Source: a virus | Lineage: Duplodnaviria > Caudoviricetes | DNA length: 43,248 bases | IMG/VR virus record: IMGVR_UViG_3300014167_000005 | Coordinates: 1 to 43,248 of that record | Reading direction: 5' to 3' (one strand) | Shown: piece after piece, positions 8,123 to 17,983 of the stretch | Layout: every line of letters begins with the position of its first letter | Numbering within the stretch: the first letter of the stretch is position 1 | Position numbers and translations under genes: made by a program | The notes under the pieces: generated by a model | What the model was told of the DNA's origin: nothing | Database searches by the model: none | Seen by the model: only the letters and a program-made list of their open reading frames with translations

Positions 8123-10050
8123 CGGTAGAAGGCGCTATCGCCGAGGTGTCCAAGCTCTGGGCGCCACCGCCCCGCCAGACGGTTTGTGAGTGGGCCCGCG
8201 ACAACTTCATCGTGACCACCGGCGCGAAGAAGGGGCGCTTCGTCCCCAATGCCTACCAGGTGGAGCCGATCAATGCGATCGGCGACCCATTTGTTAACGA
8301 GATCGTGATCATGGCAGCCACGCAGATGCTGAAAACGATGGTGATCCTGGTCGGGATCGCCTACGTGATCGCGCGGGATCCGGATCCGATCATGGTGGTG
8401 CAGCCGCGCGATTCCGATGTCAGCAAGTTTTCGAAGTTCCGGCTGGCGCCGATGCTGCGCGAGATGCCGGCCTTGCGAGGGCTGGTCTCGGATCCCAAGG
8501 CGCGCAACTCGTCAACGACGATTGACACGAAAGATTTTCCGGGCGGGCCGCTGATCCTGACCGCGGCTGGCTCGCCGGGTAACCTCGCGTCGTACGCCAT
8601 CCGCTATCTGTTCTGCGACGAGGTCGATAAGTACCCGCTGTCGTCGGGGTCGGAGGGCAACCCGATCGACGTCGCCAACAAGCGAACTGCCACGTACCGC
8701 AGCCGCCGGAAGCGGATTCAAACCTGCTCGCCGACTATCGCGGGCGAGTCACAGATCACGGCGGCCTATGCGGAGACGGACCAGCGGAAGTTCTGGGTGC
8801 CGTGCCCGCTGTGCGGCAAGCGTCAGATTCTTGCCTGGCGCAATGTCCGCTTTGAGAAGAAGGGCGATGATCTCAAGAAGCGTGCGGAAACGGCGGCCTA
8901 TGCCTGCGAGCACTGCGGAGCACTGTGGAACGACGTCCAGCGCTGGGTTGCAGTAGAGCGGGGCGAGTGGCGCGCGCATCAAGCGTTCAATGGCGCGGCG
9001 GGTTTCTGGATCAGCGAGCTTTACTCGCCGTTCAAGACCCTGCGCGAGCTGGTTTCCGACTTCCTGAAGGCGAAGGACAATCCCGAGCGCCTGAAGGTGT
9101 TCGTAAACACGAGCCTGGCGGAAGTCTGGACCGTCCAGGGCACGGCGCCGAGTTGGAAGCGGCTGTACGACCGGCGGGAGGATTACCCGTACGGCAAAGT
9201 GCCGCGCGGCGCCTACTTCCTGACGGCCTTCGTGGATGTTCAGGAGAACCCGCCGCGGCTCGAGGTTGAGGTGAAGGCCTGGGGCAAGAAGGGTGAGAAC
9301 TGGTCGATCTGGTATGAGGTGATCGCGCCCGAACGGTCGGGCCCGGGTGGGCGCCCGGTGCGCTGCACACCGGCGGATCCGGAGCCATGGGAGCGCCTGG
9401 CAGAATTAATCATGGCGGATTGGCGGCATGTCGATGGCGGCACGCTGCCGATCTGGGTCTGCGGCGTGGACTCGGGTTACATGGCGGACACGGTTTACTC
9501 GTTCTGCCGGCAGTGGGCGCAGCCCGCCTACGGCCCGGCCGGCGCACTGGTGCCTTCCTTCCGGACGGTCGTACCGACCAAGGGCGGCCACAACGCCTTC
9601 AAGATTATCGAGGCCATCTCGACAATCGACGCGGCGAAAGTCCGCGGCGGCCTGCGGATCGTCACGATCGGGACGCACTGCGTAAAGCAGATCGTTTATG
9701 ACTCGCTGGGGAAGGACAAGCCGCTCGACGAGCAACCCTTCCCGCAGGGCTACTCACATCACCCCAGCGCTTACGACGAATCGTATTTCCAGGGACTCAC
9801 GGCCGAGACCAGGGTCGTCGCGGGGTCGGGCGCGATCGAGTGGCACGTAAACGGCCGCAACGAGCCGCTCGATACCGCAGTGGGCAACCGGACGATGTAC
9901 GAGTTGTGCGGGGGCTCGCGTCTGAGCGATGCGGCCTGGGCGGCGCTCGATCAGCAGCGCAAGGATTCTGCCGCGCCCACGGTTGTTCCGGCCGGGCAGC
10001 CAGGCCATAAGGAAGAGAGCCGCGTGGCGCGGCCGAGCTGGATGAGTTAA
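8119..10050 (+). CDS. Terminase large subunit (lambda GpA family)
   Basis: PPPRQTVCEWA, ATQMLKT Walker A variant, LFCDEVDKYP Walker B, CSPT, CPLCG/CEHCG zinc motifs, VDVQ nuclease, RNEPLDT. Confidence 0.96.
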   Translation: MTVEGAIAEVSKLWAPPPRQTVCEWARDNFIVTTGAKKGRFVPNAYQVEPINAIGDPFVNEIVIMAATQMLKTMVILVGIAYVIARDPDPIMVVQPRDSDVSKFSKFRLAPMLREMPALRGLVSDPKARNSSTTIDTKDFPGGPLILTAAGSPGNLASYAIRYLFCDEVDKYPLSSGSEGNPIDVANKRTATYRSRRKRIQTCSPTIAGESQITAAYAETDQRKFWVPCPLCGKRQILAWRNVRFEKKGDDLKKRAETAAYACEHCGALWNDVQRWVAVERGEWRAHQAFNGAAGFWISELYSPFKTLRELVSDFLKAKDNPERLKVFVNTSLAEVWTVQGTAPSWKRLYDRREDYPYGKVPRGAYFLTAFVDVQENPPRLEVEVKAWGKKGENWSIWYEVIAPERSGPGGRPVRCTPADPEPWERLAELIMADWRHVDGGTLPIWVCGVDSGYMADTVYSFCRQWAQPAYGPAGALVPSFRTVVPTKGGHNAFKIIEAISTIDAAKVRGGLRIVTIGTHCVKQIVYDSLGKDKPLDEQPFPQGYSHHPSAYDESYFQGLTAETRVVAGSGAIEWHVNGRNEPLDTAVGNRTMYELCGGSRLSDAAWAALDQQRKDSAAPTVVPAGQPGHKEESRVARPSWMS

Positions 10051-10053
10051 GCG

Positions 10054-10254
10054 ATGGCCTACACCCAGCAGGATCTCGACCGGATCAAGAAGGAGATCGG
10101 CAGCGGCGCCGCAGAGCAGCAATATGGCGACAACCGGGTGCGGAAACGCACGCTCTCCGAACTGCTGCGCATTCGTGCAGAGATCCAGGCGGAGTTGGCC
10201 GCGCAGCAACCACCGATCCGCCAGGTGCGGTTCAACACGAAAAAGGGAGTTTGA
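10054..10254 (+). CDS. Head-tail joining protein (gpW-like)
   Basis: MAYTQQDLDRIKKEIGSG...YGD.RV..RTLSEL pattern, between terminase and portal. Confidence 0.85.
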   Translation: MAYTQQDLDRIKKEIGSGAAEQQYGDNRVRKRTLSELLRIRAEIQAELAAQQPPIRQVRFNTKKGV

Positions 10255-10256
10255 CG

Positions 10257-10649
10257 ATGGCCACAAGACAGGCAGAAAAGAACCGGGAGAAGAAGCCGGT
10301 GGAACAGCCGCCCCAGCCGACGGCGGATGCGATGCGCACGCGCACCGCGCAAATCACACCACAGGTTGCGCTCGAGGCGTTGCTGGTGAGTTGGCTGTGC
10401 CTACGCGACTTTGCGCTGTGGGCTTTCGTGCAGGGTATCGAAGCGCCACTCTCTGATGTCGACCTGTCGCAGATGGAGGCGAGCGTTGCTCAGATGAACG
10501 CGATGCACGGCGCGGTGATGCACTTCGCCAGGCAAATCGCTGGCAGGAACGATCCTGTCGCCGTGCTGAAAGAGGCGATTGCCAAAGTGCGTCGCGAGCA
10601 CGAACCGCTGTTCTCCCTGACCGTCCAGAACCTTCCTTCCGCGTTCTGA
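10257..10649 (+). CDS. Hypothetical protein between gpW and portal
   Basis: About 130-aa helical ORF with AAGGGAG RBS, filling the gap exactly. Confidence 0.65.
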   Translation: MATRQAEKNREKKPVEQPPQPTADAMRTRTAQITPQVALEALLVSWLCLRDFALWAFVQGIEAPLSDVDLSQMEASVAQMNAMHGAVMHFARQIAGRNDPVAVLKEAIAKVRREHEPLFSLTVQNLPSAF

Positions 10650-10670
10650 TTTACCGCGTAGTCCTCCATC

Positions 10671-12335
10671 ATGGCCAAAGCCGAACTGTTCACCGACGTG
10701 TATCGTCCCGCGCCCAGTGTGTCCGCGGCCTCTGTGCCCGCGCGGGCCGCCGCGTACGGGAGCACTGGCGGCAGTGCCATGCCCTACTACGACGCTTCCG
10801 GCTGGGGACGGCGCATGTATGGCTGGAACCCGGGCAATGCTGGCCCGAACACAGTCGGCATTCAGACCATCGAGACGCTGCGCTCCCGGTCGCGCTATAC
10901 CTCGCGCAACGATCCGTGGGCTAACAACGGCATTGCCTCGTTCGCGGCCAACGCGATCGGTACTGGCATCAAGCCCCAGTCGATGCACCCGGATAAACGG
11001 ATCAAACAGCGGATCCAGAACGCCTGGTTGCGTTGGACGGACCAGTGCGATGCCCACAACGCCTGCGACTTCTACGGGCTTCAAACACTGTTGTGCCGCG
11101 AGGTGATCGAGGGCGGCGAGTGCTTTGCCCGCTTGCGCCCGCGCCGCAAGGATAGTGGCCTGCGCGTTCCGCTACAACTCCAGTTGCTCGAATCGGAATT
11201 GCTCCCGGCTTGGTACAACGTCGATCGCTCGAATGGGAACCGGGTGCGCGCCGGCGTCGAGTTAAATAAGGAGCATGCGCCGACCGGTTTCTGGTTCTTG
11301 AAGCAGCACCCCGGCGACACCATCATCTGGCCCAGCAACGCCGGGGTGTTGCTGCGCGTTGCCAGCCAGAACGTTTGCCATGTCTTTCAATCGTTGCGCG
11401 CAGGGCAACTCCGCGGCGTGCCGTGGCTGGCGCCGGTGTTGCTGCGAATCCACGAATTGAACCAGTTCGAAGACGCGGAGCTGGTGAAACAAAAGGTTGC
11501 GGCGATGTTCGTGGCCTTTGTGAAGCAGATGACGGGCCAGGGCGTGTTTGGCGAGGTACCTGGCACGCCAGGTGAAGCCGCGGCGCCGCCGCCCGGTGTG
11601 GGCAATGCTGTGATGGAGCCGGGCACGACGCAGTATTTGCGTTTGAACGAAGATGTTGAATTTGCGAATCCGCCCCAGTTCAATTCGCTGCCCGAGTTCA
11701 TGCGGATCTACCTGCGCTCGATCGCGGCGGGTCTCGGCGTCACTTACGAGCAACTGACCGGTGACTTGACCGGCGTGAACTATTCGAGCATCCGCGCGGG
11801 CCTGATTGAGTTCTGGCGCCGTTGCGAGCAGTTCCAGCACCAGGTCATCATCTTCCGCTTCTGCCGGCCGGTCTGGGATGCCTGGATTCGCACGGCTCTG
11901 ATCTCCGGCGAGCTCGATTACTCCGATTACGCAAAAGACCCGCTGGCATTCACGAGCGTGAAGTGGGTTCCACCCGTGCGGCAGTGGGTGGATCCGGCCA
12001 AAGAGATCGGCGCGACACTGGCGGCGATCCGCGGCGGCCTGGGCTCCCGTGACACGGCGGCCAGTGCGCAGGGTTTCGATGTGGAGGAGATCGACAACGA
12101 AAATGCCCGCGACCAGGAGCGCGCCGACGAAGCCGGTCTGGTGTACGACTCCAATGCCCGTGATCGCACTTCGGCCGGCTTCCCCACGGGTGAGAGTCCG
12201 ACCAGTCTGGTGCCGCAGAAGAAGGGCGTGCGCGGCGCGAAGCCGGAGCAACGGCTCGCGCTCGCTACGCCGGCCGGGCTCTATGCGGTGCTCGAGGAGA
12301 TCGTGAGCCTGGAGCTGGACCGGAGGGCGGCGTGA
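10671..12335 (+). CDS. Portal protein, lambda family
   Basis: LRSRSRY..RNDPWA, GECF.R, GQLRGVPWLAPV, YEQLTGDL..VNYSSIRAGL and WVDP.KE motifs. Confidence 0.96.
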   Translation: MAKAELFTDVYRPAPSVSAASVPARAAAYGSTGGSAMPYYDASGWGRRMYGWNPGNAGPNTVGIQTIETLRSRSRYTSRNDPWANNGIASFAANAIGTGIKPQSMHPDKRIKQRIQNAWLRWTDQCDAHNACDFYGLQTLLCREVIEGGECFARLRPRRKDSGLRVPLQLQLLESELLPAWYNVDRSNGNRVRAGVELNKEHAPTGFWFLKQHPGDTIIWPSNAGVLLRVASQNVCHVFQSLRAGQLRGVPWLAPVLLRIHELNQFEDAELVKQKVAAMFVAFVKQMTGQGVFGEVPGTPGEAAAPPPGVGNAVMEPGTTQYLRLNEDVEFANPPQFNSLPEFMRIYLRSIAAGLGVTYEQLTGDLTGVNYSSIRAGLIEFWRRCEQFQHQVIIFRFCRPVWDAWIRTALISGELDYSDYAKDPLAFTSVKWVPPVRQWVDPAKEIGATLAAIRGGLGSRDTAASAQGFDVEEIDNENARDQERADEAGLVYDSNARDRTSAGFPTGESPTSLVPQKKGVRGAKPEQRLALATPAGLYAVLEEIVSLELDRRAA

Positions 12336-13894
12336 CGCGCGGGAACGCGATCGACAACGGAGGGATGTCTGGCTTGACGGGCATTGCTCTCCGGGTCTTC
12401 AACCAGCCGCTCGCCATCGGCCGCGACAAGTTGGACATCATTGTCCGCAACGTCGTCCTGCCGCGCCTCGGCGGGGATGTGGATGCCGCGCTCGAGATCG
12501 ATCAGGACAAGAGCGATCGGAAGCCGTACACGGTAACGCCAGATGGCGTCGCGCTCCTCGATGTCAGCGGAAGCCTGGTGCGGAAGTCGTTCGGGCTGCG
12601 TCCGTGGAGCGGCATGACCAGCTACGAATGGCTGAACAGAGAGCTGTCCATGGCGCTGGCCGACACCGAGGTGCGCGGGTTGTTGTTGTGCTGCGATTCG
12701 CCGGGCGGCGAGGTGGCCGGCTTGTTCGACATCGTCGACGAATTCTATGCGGCCCGCGGCCAGAAGCCGATCTTCGCCTCGATCTGTGAGCAGGCCTGCT
12801 CGGCGGCGTATGCGATTGCCAGCGCGGCCGACAGGATCTTCATCACGCGCACCGGCGCGGCCGGATCGGTGGGCATCGTGATGTGCCACGCCGATCAGTC
12901 CGATTACGACAAGAAGCAGGGCTTCCGCTACGAATACATCTACTTCGGGGAGCGCAAGATCGATGGCAATCCGCACGAGCCGCTGAGCGATGGCGCACGC
13001 GCCGTGCTTGAGGCGGAGGGGCGGCGTTGCTACGGGATGCTCACCCAGGCGGTGGCGCGCAACCGTGGGATGACGCTCAAGGCGGTCAAGGGGACTGAGG
13101 CTGGCGTGTTCTTCGCCGACCAGGCGATTACGGCTGGTTTGGCGGATGAGGTGGGGACCACTGAGGCCGCCTGCGCGGCGCTGGCCGAAGCGATTACCCG
13201 GCAGGCAGCACGCGAGCCGGGGGATTTGAAGAGCGCGGGCCAATTGGCAACCCAACTCGAAATGGCACAGGTTTCGGAAGCGGGAGCGTCCGCTCCGAGT
13301 TCGATGAAGGGAGACACGATGACCAGACCGAAAGTGGCGGGCGCAAAACCATCGCCCGCAGCCGGGAAGAAGCCGGTCGAGGATGACGACGAGCCGAAGG
13401 GCGCCAAGGGCAGCAATGCCGACGCCGACGACGGTGATGATGACGACGACGAGATCGACGCCAAGGGCGACGACGATGACGACGCCAAAGATGACGACGA
13501 GAAGGGCAAGGGCAAGCCTGGGGGCAAGGACGGCAAGCCGCGCGGCGGCAAGAAAGGTCGCCGGGCCGAGGCCGAGGCGCCGCAGCCGACGCCGGCGGAT
13601 CCAGCGCCCGGATCCGCGCAAGCCGGCATGGCGGTGGCCGCGGAGATCGCGGATCTCTGCATCCTGGCGGGCATGCCCGGTATGACCGCGCAATTCATCA
13701 AGGCCGGGCTTACGCCTGCGCAGGCGCGGGAGAAGCTGATGGCCGCCCGGGCCGGTGGTGACCAGGGTGAGATCGACCAGGCCATCAACGCAGACACGGG
13801 CACGCAGATCCACGTTCCGGCCGCGGAGACTGGCGTGGTCAAGAAGTGCAAGGCGATGGCCGCGCGCATGCTGGCGCAGAAGGGGAGGGCGTAA
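12332..13894 (+). CDS. S49 family prohead protease with C-terminal scaffold region (lambda gpC-like; start may be ATG 12365)
   Basis: DSPGGEV, ACSAAYAIASAAD, GSVGIV, GNPHEPL and GLADEV motifs, followed by an acidic low-complexity linker and helical tail. Confidence 0.92.
   Translation: MTRGNAIDNGGMSGLTGIALRVFNQPLAIGRDKLDIIVRNVVLPRLGGDVDAALEIDQDKSDRKPYTVTPDGVALLDVSGSLVRKSFGLRPWSGMTSYEWLNRELSMALADTEVRGLLLCCDSPGGEVAGLFDIVDEFYAARGQKPIFASICEQACSAAYAIASAADRIFITRTGAAGSVGIVMCHADQSDYDKKQGFRYEYIYFGERKIDGNPHEPLSDGARAVLEAEGRRCYGMLTQAVARNRGMTLKAVKGTEAGVFFADQAITAGLADEVGTTEAACAALAEAITRQAAREPGDLKSAGQLATQLEMAQVSEAGASAPSSMKGDTMTRPKVAGAKPSPAAGKKPVEDDDEPKGAKGSNADADDGDDDDDEIDAKGDDDDDAKDDDEKGKGKPGGKDGKPRGGKKGRRAEAEAPQPTPADPAPGSAQAGMAVAAEIADLCILAGMPGMTAQFIKAGLTPAQAREKLMAARAGGDQGEIDQAINADTGTQIHVPAAETGVVKKCKAMAARMLAQKGRA
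13319..13894 (+). CDS. Putative nested in-frame scaffolding protein (Nu3-like internal start)
   Basis: AAGGGAG-acacg-ATG at 13319 is in frame with the protease, at the end of the S49 domain. Confidence 0.55.
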   Translation: MTRPKVAGAKPSPAAGKKPVEDDDEPKGAKGSNADADDGDDDDDEIDAKGDDDDDAKDDDEKGKGKPGGKDGKPRGGKKGRRAEAEAPQPTPADPAPGSAQAGMAVAAEIADLCILAGMPGMTAQFIKAGLTPAQAREKLMAARAGGDQGEIDQAINADTGTQIHVPAAETGVVKKCKAMAARMLAQKGRA

Positions 13895-13897
13895 CCG

Positions 13898-14575
13898 ATG
13901 GCCGTTCAAGTTCAATCGTTCAATCAGGGCGACTGGCTCAAGTTCGAGCACGTGGATCATCGCTTCAGCCGCGATGCGGTCGTGCTCGCCGCGGGCCAGG
14001 CGAACATTCTGACCGGCACGGTGCTGGGTCAGAAGACGGCCGGCGCAGACCTGGTCACGGTCGCTCCGGGTGGCAGGAACACAGGCATGGGCGTCCTGAC
14101 CTTGGACGCGACGACGCCTCTTCTGGCTGGCGTGCTGCCGGGTGTTTACACCGCGACGTGCACCGTTGCTGTGGCTGGTGCCGGCACTTTCCAGGTGACT
14201 GCTCCTAATGGCGCTGTGCTTGGAACGGTGACCGTGGGCGGTGTTGCGTTCGCGACCCAGATCAAGTTCACGATCGCGGACGGCGCTCCGGACTTCGTGG
14301 TCGGCGACCTGTTTTCGATCGAGGTGGGACCGATTTCTCCGGCCACTGTGGTGCCGCTGAACTTGGGTGCCTCGGACGGATCGCAGAACGCCGCGGGCAT
14401 TCTGCTGTTCACGACCGACGCCACTGCCGGAGCGGTAAAGACCACGATGATTGCCCGCGAGGCGGTTTTGTCCTCGTACGGCCTGACTTGGCCGGCGGGA
14501 ATCACGCAGGCGCAACAGGATGCCGCCGTAGCGCAACTCGGCGCGAAAGGAATCCAGGTCCGGCAGGGCGCGTAA
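13898..14575 (+). CDS. Head decoration protein (gpD-like) with inserted beta-rich domain
   Basis: FSRD.VVL..G....GTVLG N-part and DGSQ.AAGIL...AR.A.....L.WP......LGAKGI C-part, split by about 100 aa insertion. Precedes the major capsid gene. Confidence 0.85.
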   Translation: MAVQVQSFNQGDWLKFEHVDHRFSRDAVVLAAGQANILTGTVLGQKTAGADLVTVAPGGRNTGMGVLTLDATTPLLAGVLPGVYTATCTVAVAGAGTFQVTAPNGAVLGTVTVGGVAFATQIKFTIADGAPDFVVGDLFSIEVGPISPATVVPLNLGASDGSQNAAGILLFTTDATAGAVKTTMIAREAVLSSYGLTWPAGITQAQQDAAVAQLGAKGIQVRQGA

Positions 14576-14612
14576 CACTCGTCGCCGCGATCCAGAAAGA
14601 AGAAAACACACT

Positions 14613-15635
14613 ATGCCGATGATCAATCCATTTACTACGGACGGTTTTTCGCTGGTTGCGCTCACCGATGCAATCAACGTCATCCCGAACATGTACGGCA
14701 AGACCAACGAACTCGGCCTGTTCACGGAAAAGGGAGTCCGCACCCGCACCGTGATCGTGGACGAGAAGGATGGCGTCCTGAACCTGCTGCCCACGCGGCC
14801 GGTCGGCGCCCCAGGTACGGAAGCAATCAAGTCGCGCCGCAAGGTGCGCTCGTTCGTGATCCCGCACATCCCGCACGAGGATGCGGTCCTGCCCGAGGAA
14901 ACGCAAGGCCTGCGCGCCTTCGGCTCGGAAAACGAGCTGGAGGCACTGGAGACGCTCGTCGCTGAGCGTCTCGAGACGGCGCGCCGCAAGCACGACATCA
15001 CGCTCGAGAATCTCCGCATGGGCGCACTGCGCGGCCAAATCCTCGACGCAGATGGCTCGATCATCTACGACCTGTTTCAGGAGTTCGGCCTCACGCAGAA
15101 CGTCGTGAACTTCCAGTTCTCGAGCAACGCGTTCGACGTCAAGACCGCCGTGCTCAATGTGAAGCGCTACATGGAGCTGCACCTGTTGGGCGAGGTGATG
15201 CGCGAGGTGCATTGCCTGTGCGCTCCCGACTGGTTTGACGCCTTCACGCGCCATCCGGACGTGCTCACCGCATTCCAGTTCTTCCAGCACACCGATCTGC
15301 CCAATCAGACACTCGACACCGACAACCGGCGCAACTTCCGGTTCGGGGGCGTGACGTTCGAGGAATATCTCGGCCACGCGAGCGACGGTGACGGCGTCGA
15401 TCACGTCTTCGTGCCCGAGGGTTCGGCCATCTTCTTCCCGCTGGGCACGATGACCACTTTCCGCACCTGGTTCGCTCCCGCGGATTTCAACGAGACCGTC
15501 AACACGGTCGGCTTGCCGATCTACGCCAAGCTGGAACCGCGCAAGTTCAACCGCGGCATGGACCTGCATACGCAGTCCAACCCGCTCCCGATGTGCTTGC
15601 GTCCTGCTTTGCTCACAAAGGCGACGCGGAGCTAA
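14613..15635 (+). CDS. Major capsid protein (lambda gpE family)
   Basis: FSLVALTDAIN.IP, IPHIPHED, T.E.LRMGALRG, FAPADF.ETVNT.G and QSNPLPMC.RP motifs. Confidence 0.96.
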   Translation: MPMINPFTTDGFSLVALTDAINVIPNMYGKTNELGLFTEKGVRTRTVIVDEKDGVLNLLPTRPVGAPGTEAIKSRRKVRSFVIPHIPHEDAVLPEETQGLRAFGSENELEALETLVAERLETARRKHDITLENLRMGALRGQILDADGSIIYDLFQEFGLTQNVVNFQFSSNAFDVKTAVLNVKRYMELHLLGEVMREVHCLCAPDWFDAFTRHPDVLTAFQFFQHTDLPNQTLDTDNRRNFRFGGVTFEEYLGHASDGDGVDHVFVPEGSAIFFPLGTMTTFRTWFAPADFNETVNTVGLPIYAKLEPRKFNRGMDLHTQSNPLPMCLRPALLTKATRS

Positions 15636-15681
15636 ACACGATTACGTAGAACTGCCAGCGGGGTGATCGGCCTTGGTGCTA

Positions 15682-15712
15682 CGGGAGTCGGTGGGCAGGC
15701 TGCCGACTCCCG
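15682..15712. other. GC-rich hairpin at the left edge of the inserted cassette
   Basis: CGGGAGTCGG / CCGACTCCCG 10-bp perfect stem, no U-tract. Confidence 0.45.
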
Positions 15713-15918
15713 GCAAACACCTCTGGCTCGTACCGACCGAAGCACATCGACGGTTCGGACAATTTACGACCAGTTGCCGTTCCTGGCCTCAGGTCGACTA
15801 AACAGGACTCATCGATCCGCAAGACGGTTCGGGATCCACCCCCTGTTGGTGGTCAGAGGGCGATTTATCGCGACAAAATCGATTGTCTTCCGCGATCTCC
15901 ACTGTTGCGCCAGCGAAA

Positions 15919-16032
15919 CCAGCGGCGTGTCTTCGCGCGCGCTTCGGGGAGACCGAAGTTCGGGACCTTCCCTTCCTGTATCAGTTCCTTCACCGCACCG
16001 GCAACCTCCCAGATAGCCAAATTCGCGTCACG
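15919..16032 (-). pseudogene. Aldo/keto reductase fragment
   Basis: RDANLAIWEVAGAVKELIQEGKVPNFGLPEARAKT resembles the AKR signature HRVDP.VPIE.VAGAVKELI.EGKVK.FGLSEA. Only about 38 codons survive. Confidence 0.6.
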
Positions 16033-16097
16033 GACAGGGCGAGCGTGCTCGGTGTGCCGAGTTTTCATTGCTCGAAGATGAGTTCTACTCCGAATGT

Positions 16098-16985
16098 TCA
16101 CAATGCTGCGCGCATAGCCACGATTATGGGATCAAGCTCAACTGCTGTAGCATTGACATGCATCACTCTTGTGGCTCGCTCGCTTAGCTTAGCCGGCCGA
16201 ATTCCGGGGGCTGAACCCCGGATTTCATCTTCAGGCCCATAAGCTAGCTCCTGGGCGCGCTCGATTTTCTCCAATACCACTGTCGAGCTCGGCGCCAAAT
16301 TGGAGTTGAACAATAGTCCTAGGCAATCAAAGAGTTCGCGATGGTAGCGTTCGTCCCTTAGCATCCGGCCGATATCCGAACGCAAGGTGGATCCCGGTGC
16401 TAACCTGCGTCCGGCTGTGATCGAACGTAAGAGAACAAGCATGCGCTCGTAACCAGCTATTGCGGTTGCCTCCAGATCTGCATTGATCCCGCAGAAGTCG
16501 TCAAACTGTGTCACTTCGAGTTCCTCGATGAACTGAGGCACTTCTGCCACGAGCTTCCCGACGGCGATCGCGATTCTAGCTCGCGCCCGCCTCAGACTGA
16601 CTGCACCTAAGTCTGCCACTATCGTTCCTTCGAGCATTCCCATTACGCGCTGAAGCGTGATCCCGATTCGCTCTACAATATTTTGTGGTGGGGCCACTGC
16701 GGTCAATACAGCGTCAAGGTAAGATGCGTGCCCTTTCTCTTGTGCCCAGGCACTCGCCAGAGCAGTTCTAATAACTTCGGTCTCCCTCAGGCCGAGACCT
16801 CTTCGCTTCAAGCCATCGAGATGTATTGCTAGATGAGTTTCGTCGTATGCCTGCCCTACCATAGCTTCACGTCGAAGCGCTAAATGGAGCCATAACAACA
16901 GCTCCTTCTCGGGCTCATTGCTATACTCTTCTCTTAGTGATGCAGCGGCGCGATCCGCAAAGCGGATGATGGAGTGGTCGGACAT
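16098..16985 (-). CDS. Ferritin-like di-iron four-helix-bundle protein
   Basis: Full ligand pattern E (RREA), ExxH (EKGH), E (DLEA), ExxH (ERYH). AAGGGAG RBS before ATG 16985, 10 nt after the CHAT stop. Confidence 0.75.
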   Translation of the reverse strand: MSDHSIIRFADRAAASLREEYSNEPEKELLLWLHLALRREAMVGQAYDETHLAIHLDGLKRRGLGLRETEVIRTALASAWAQEKGHASYLDAVLTAVAPPQNIVERIGITLQRVMGMLEGTIVADLGAVSLRRARARIAIAVGKLVAEVPQFIEELEVTQFDDFCGINADLEATAIAGYERMLVLLRSITAGRRLAPGSTLRSDIGRMLRDERYHRELFDCLGLLFNSNLAPSSTVVLEKIERAQELAYGPEDEIRGSAPGIRPAKLSERATRVMHVNATAVELDPIIVAMRAAL

Positions 16986-16995
16986 GCTTGCTCCC

Positions 16996-17940
16996 TTAGT
17001 CTCCTGCAATCTTCTGGATCACGTTTAGAATCAGCGGATCACTATTCTTTCCGTAGTTTTCTTCGAGCGCTGCTGATAATCTTGTTGCAAATCCTCGGCC
17101 TTCGGCTCCAGTCCAAATCGTCACGCGGATTTCAATGTCTCCATAGAATGAGCACACCTCCGCGAACTTATCGGCTACTGTTCGCACTTCGGAAAACTGG
17201 TCCCGTGGGCGGACTGTGTCGTCGTTATACTGGTAAACAACCGCACTCGTCTGTTCCGGGGCATTCTCGATATGGAGGCGCAGAACATATTCACCATCGA
17301 CTTTCTTAGGTCGAGACCCTCGCATGACAAATTCTGCAAGTAATCTTGGGCTAGCGCGGACGTAGAAATCCTTCGGATCGACATCGCTGCGGCAGTGTAT
17401 CTCCGGAGTGTGGCACTCCGAACCAAGCAGCAATTGAACTTGAGCGACACCCAGATCAAAAGCATCCTGAATACTTCGGTCGAAGGCAAGCGCTTCGTAA
17501 AATGTCGATGCAAAAGTCATGGCAGCGGCAGAGCTTATCTCCGCCGACATTCCGATGACTATTGGTACCGCTTCCCCGATATCTTGTGCTTGCTGTGCAG
17601 AATAACAGGCGTTCAGCACAACACACTTAGTCGTCGCTCTTAATGTGCTGAAAACATCGCGCAGCGCTCCATCCGGAACCACGTGACTATTGCCCGTGCT
17701 ATCAATGAAAAGCAGTTCGCCTCTTTCGTTACCATGTCCACTGAAGTGGACTATCTCAGGTTTGTAACGCAGGAGCGTTGGAATCAGCTGATCCGGCCTG
17801 AGATGTTCTATCTTCTCGCAAGTGAAACCAGCACCCCAGGGTGCCGCAGCGAGGCGATCCTCTATGAGCTTCACTTCCCGCTGAAGCTGCAAAGGTGCTC
17901 GATCATGAGGACTCGCTAGCAGAAAGAGAATGCGTGGCAC
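16996..17940 (-). CDS. CHAT (caspase-like) protease with probable C-terminal pYEATS domain
   Basis: RILFLLASP...LQLQREV, VHFSGHG (His) and VVLNACYS (Cys), IGM...I....A..F...FY. The C-terminus Y.LRLHI...VVYQY..D...EV......F......YGD.EIRV fits a prokaryotic YEATS pattern (less certain). Confidence 0.85.
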   Translation of the reverse strand: MPRILFLLASPHDRAPLQLQREVKLIEDRLAAAPWGAGFTCEKIEHLRPDQLIPTLLRYKPEIVHFSGHGNERGELLFIDSTGNSHVVPDGALRDVFSTLRATTKCVVLNACYSAQQAQDIGEAVPIVIGMSAEISSAAAMTFASTFYEALAFDRSIQDAFDLGVAQVQLLLGSECHTPEIHCRSDVDPKDFYVRASPRLLAEFVMRGSRPKKVDGEYVLRLHIENAPEQTSAVVYQYNDDTVRPRDQFSEVRTVADKFAEVCSFYGDIEIRVTIWTGAEGRGFATRLSAALEENYGKNSDPLILNVIQKIAGD

Positions 17941-17983
17941 AAGTCCTAGCTCCTAATTGTAGATGGGCCGTGAATAGTCTCGC

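Noticed and set aside
12281-15064. 927-aa minus-strand ORF
   Set aside because: Shadow of the protease, decoration and capsid genes.
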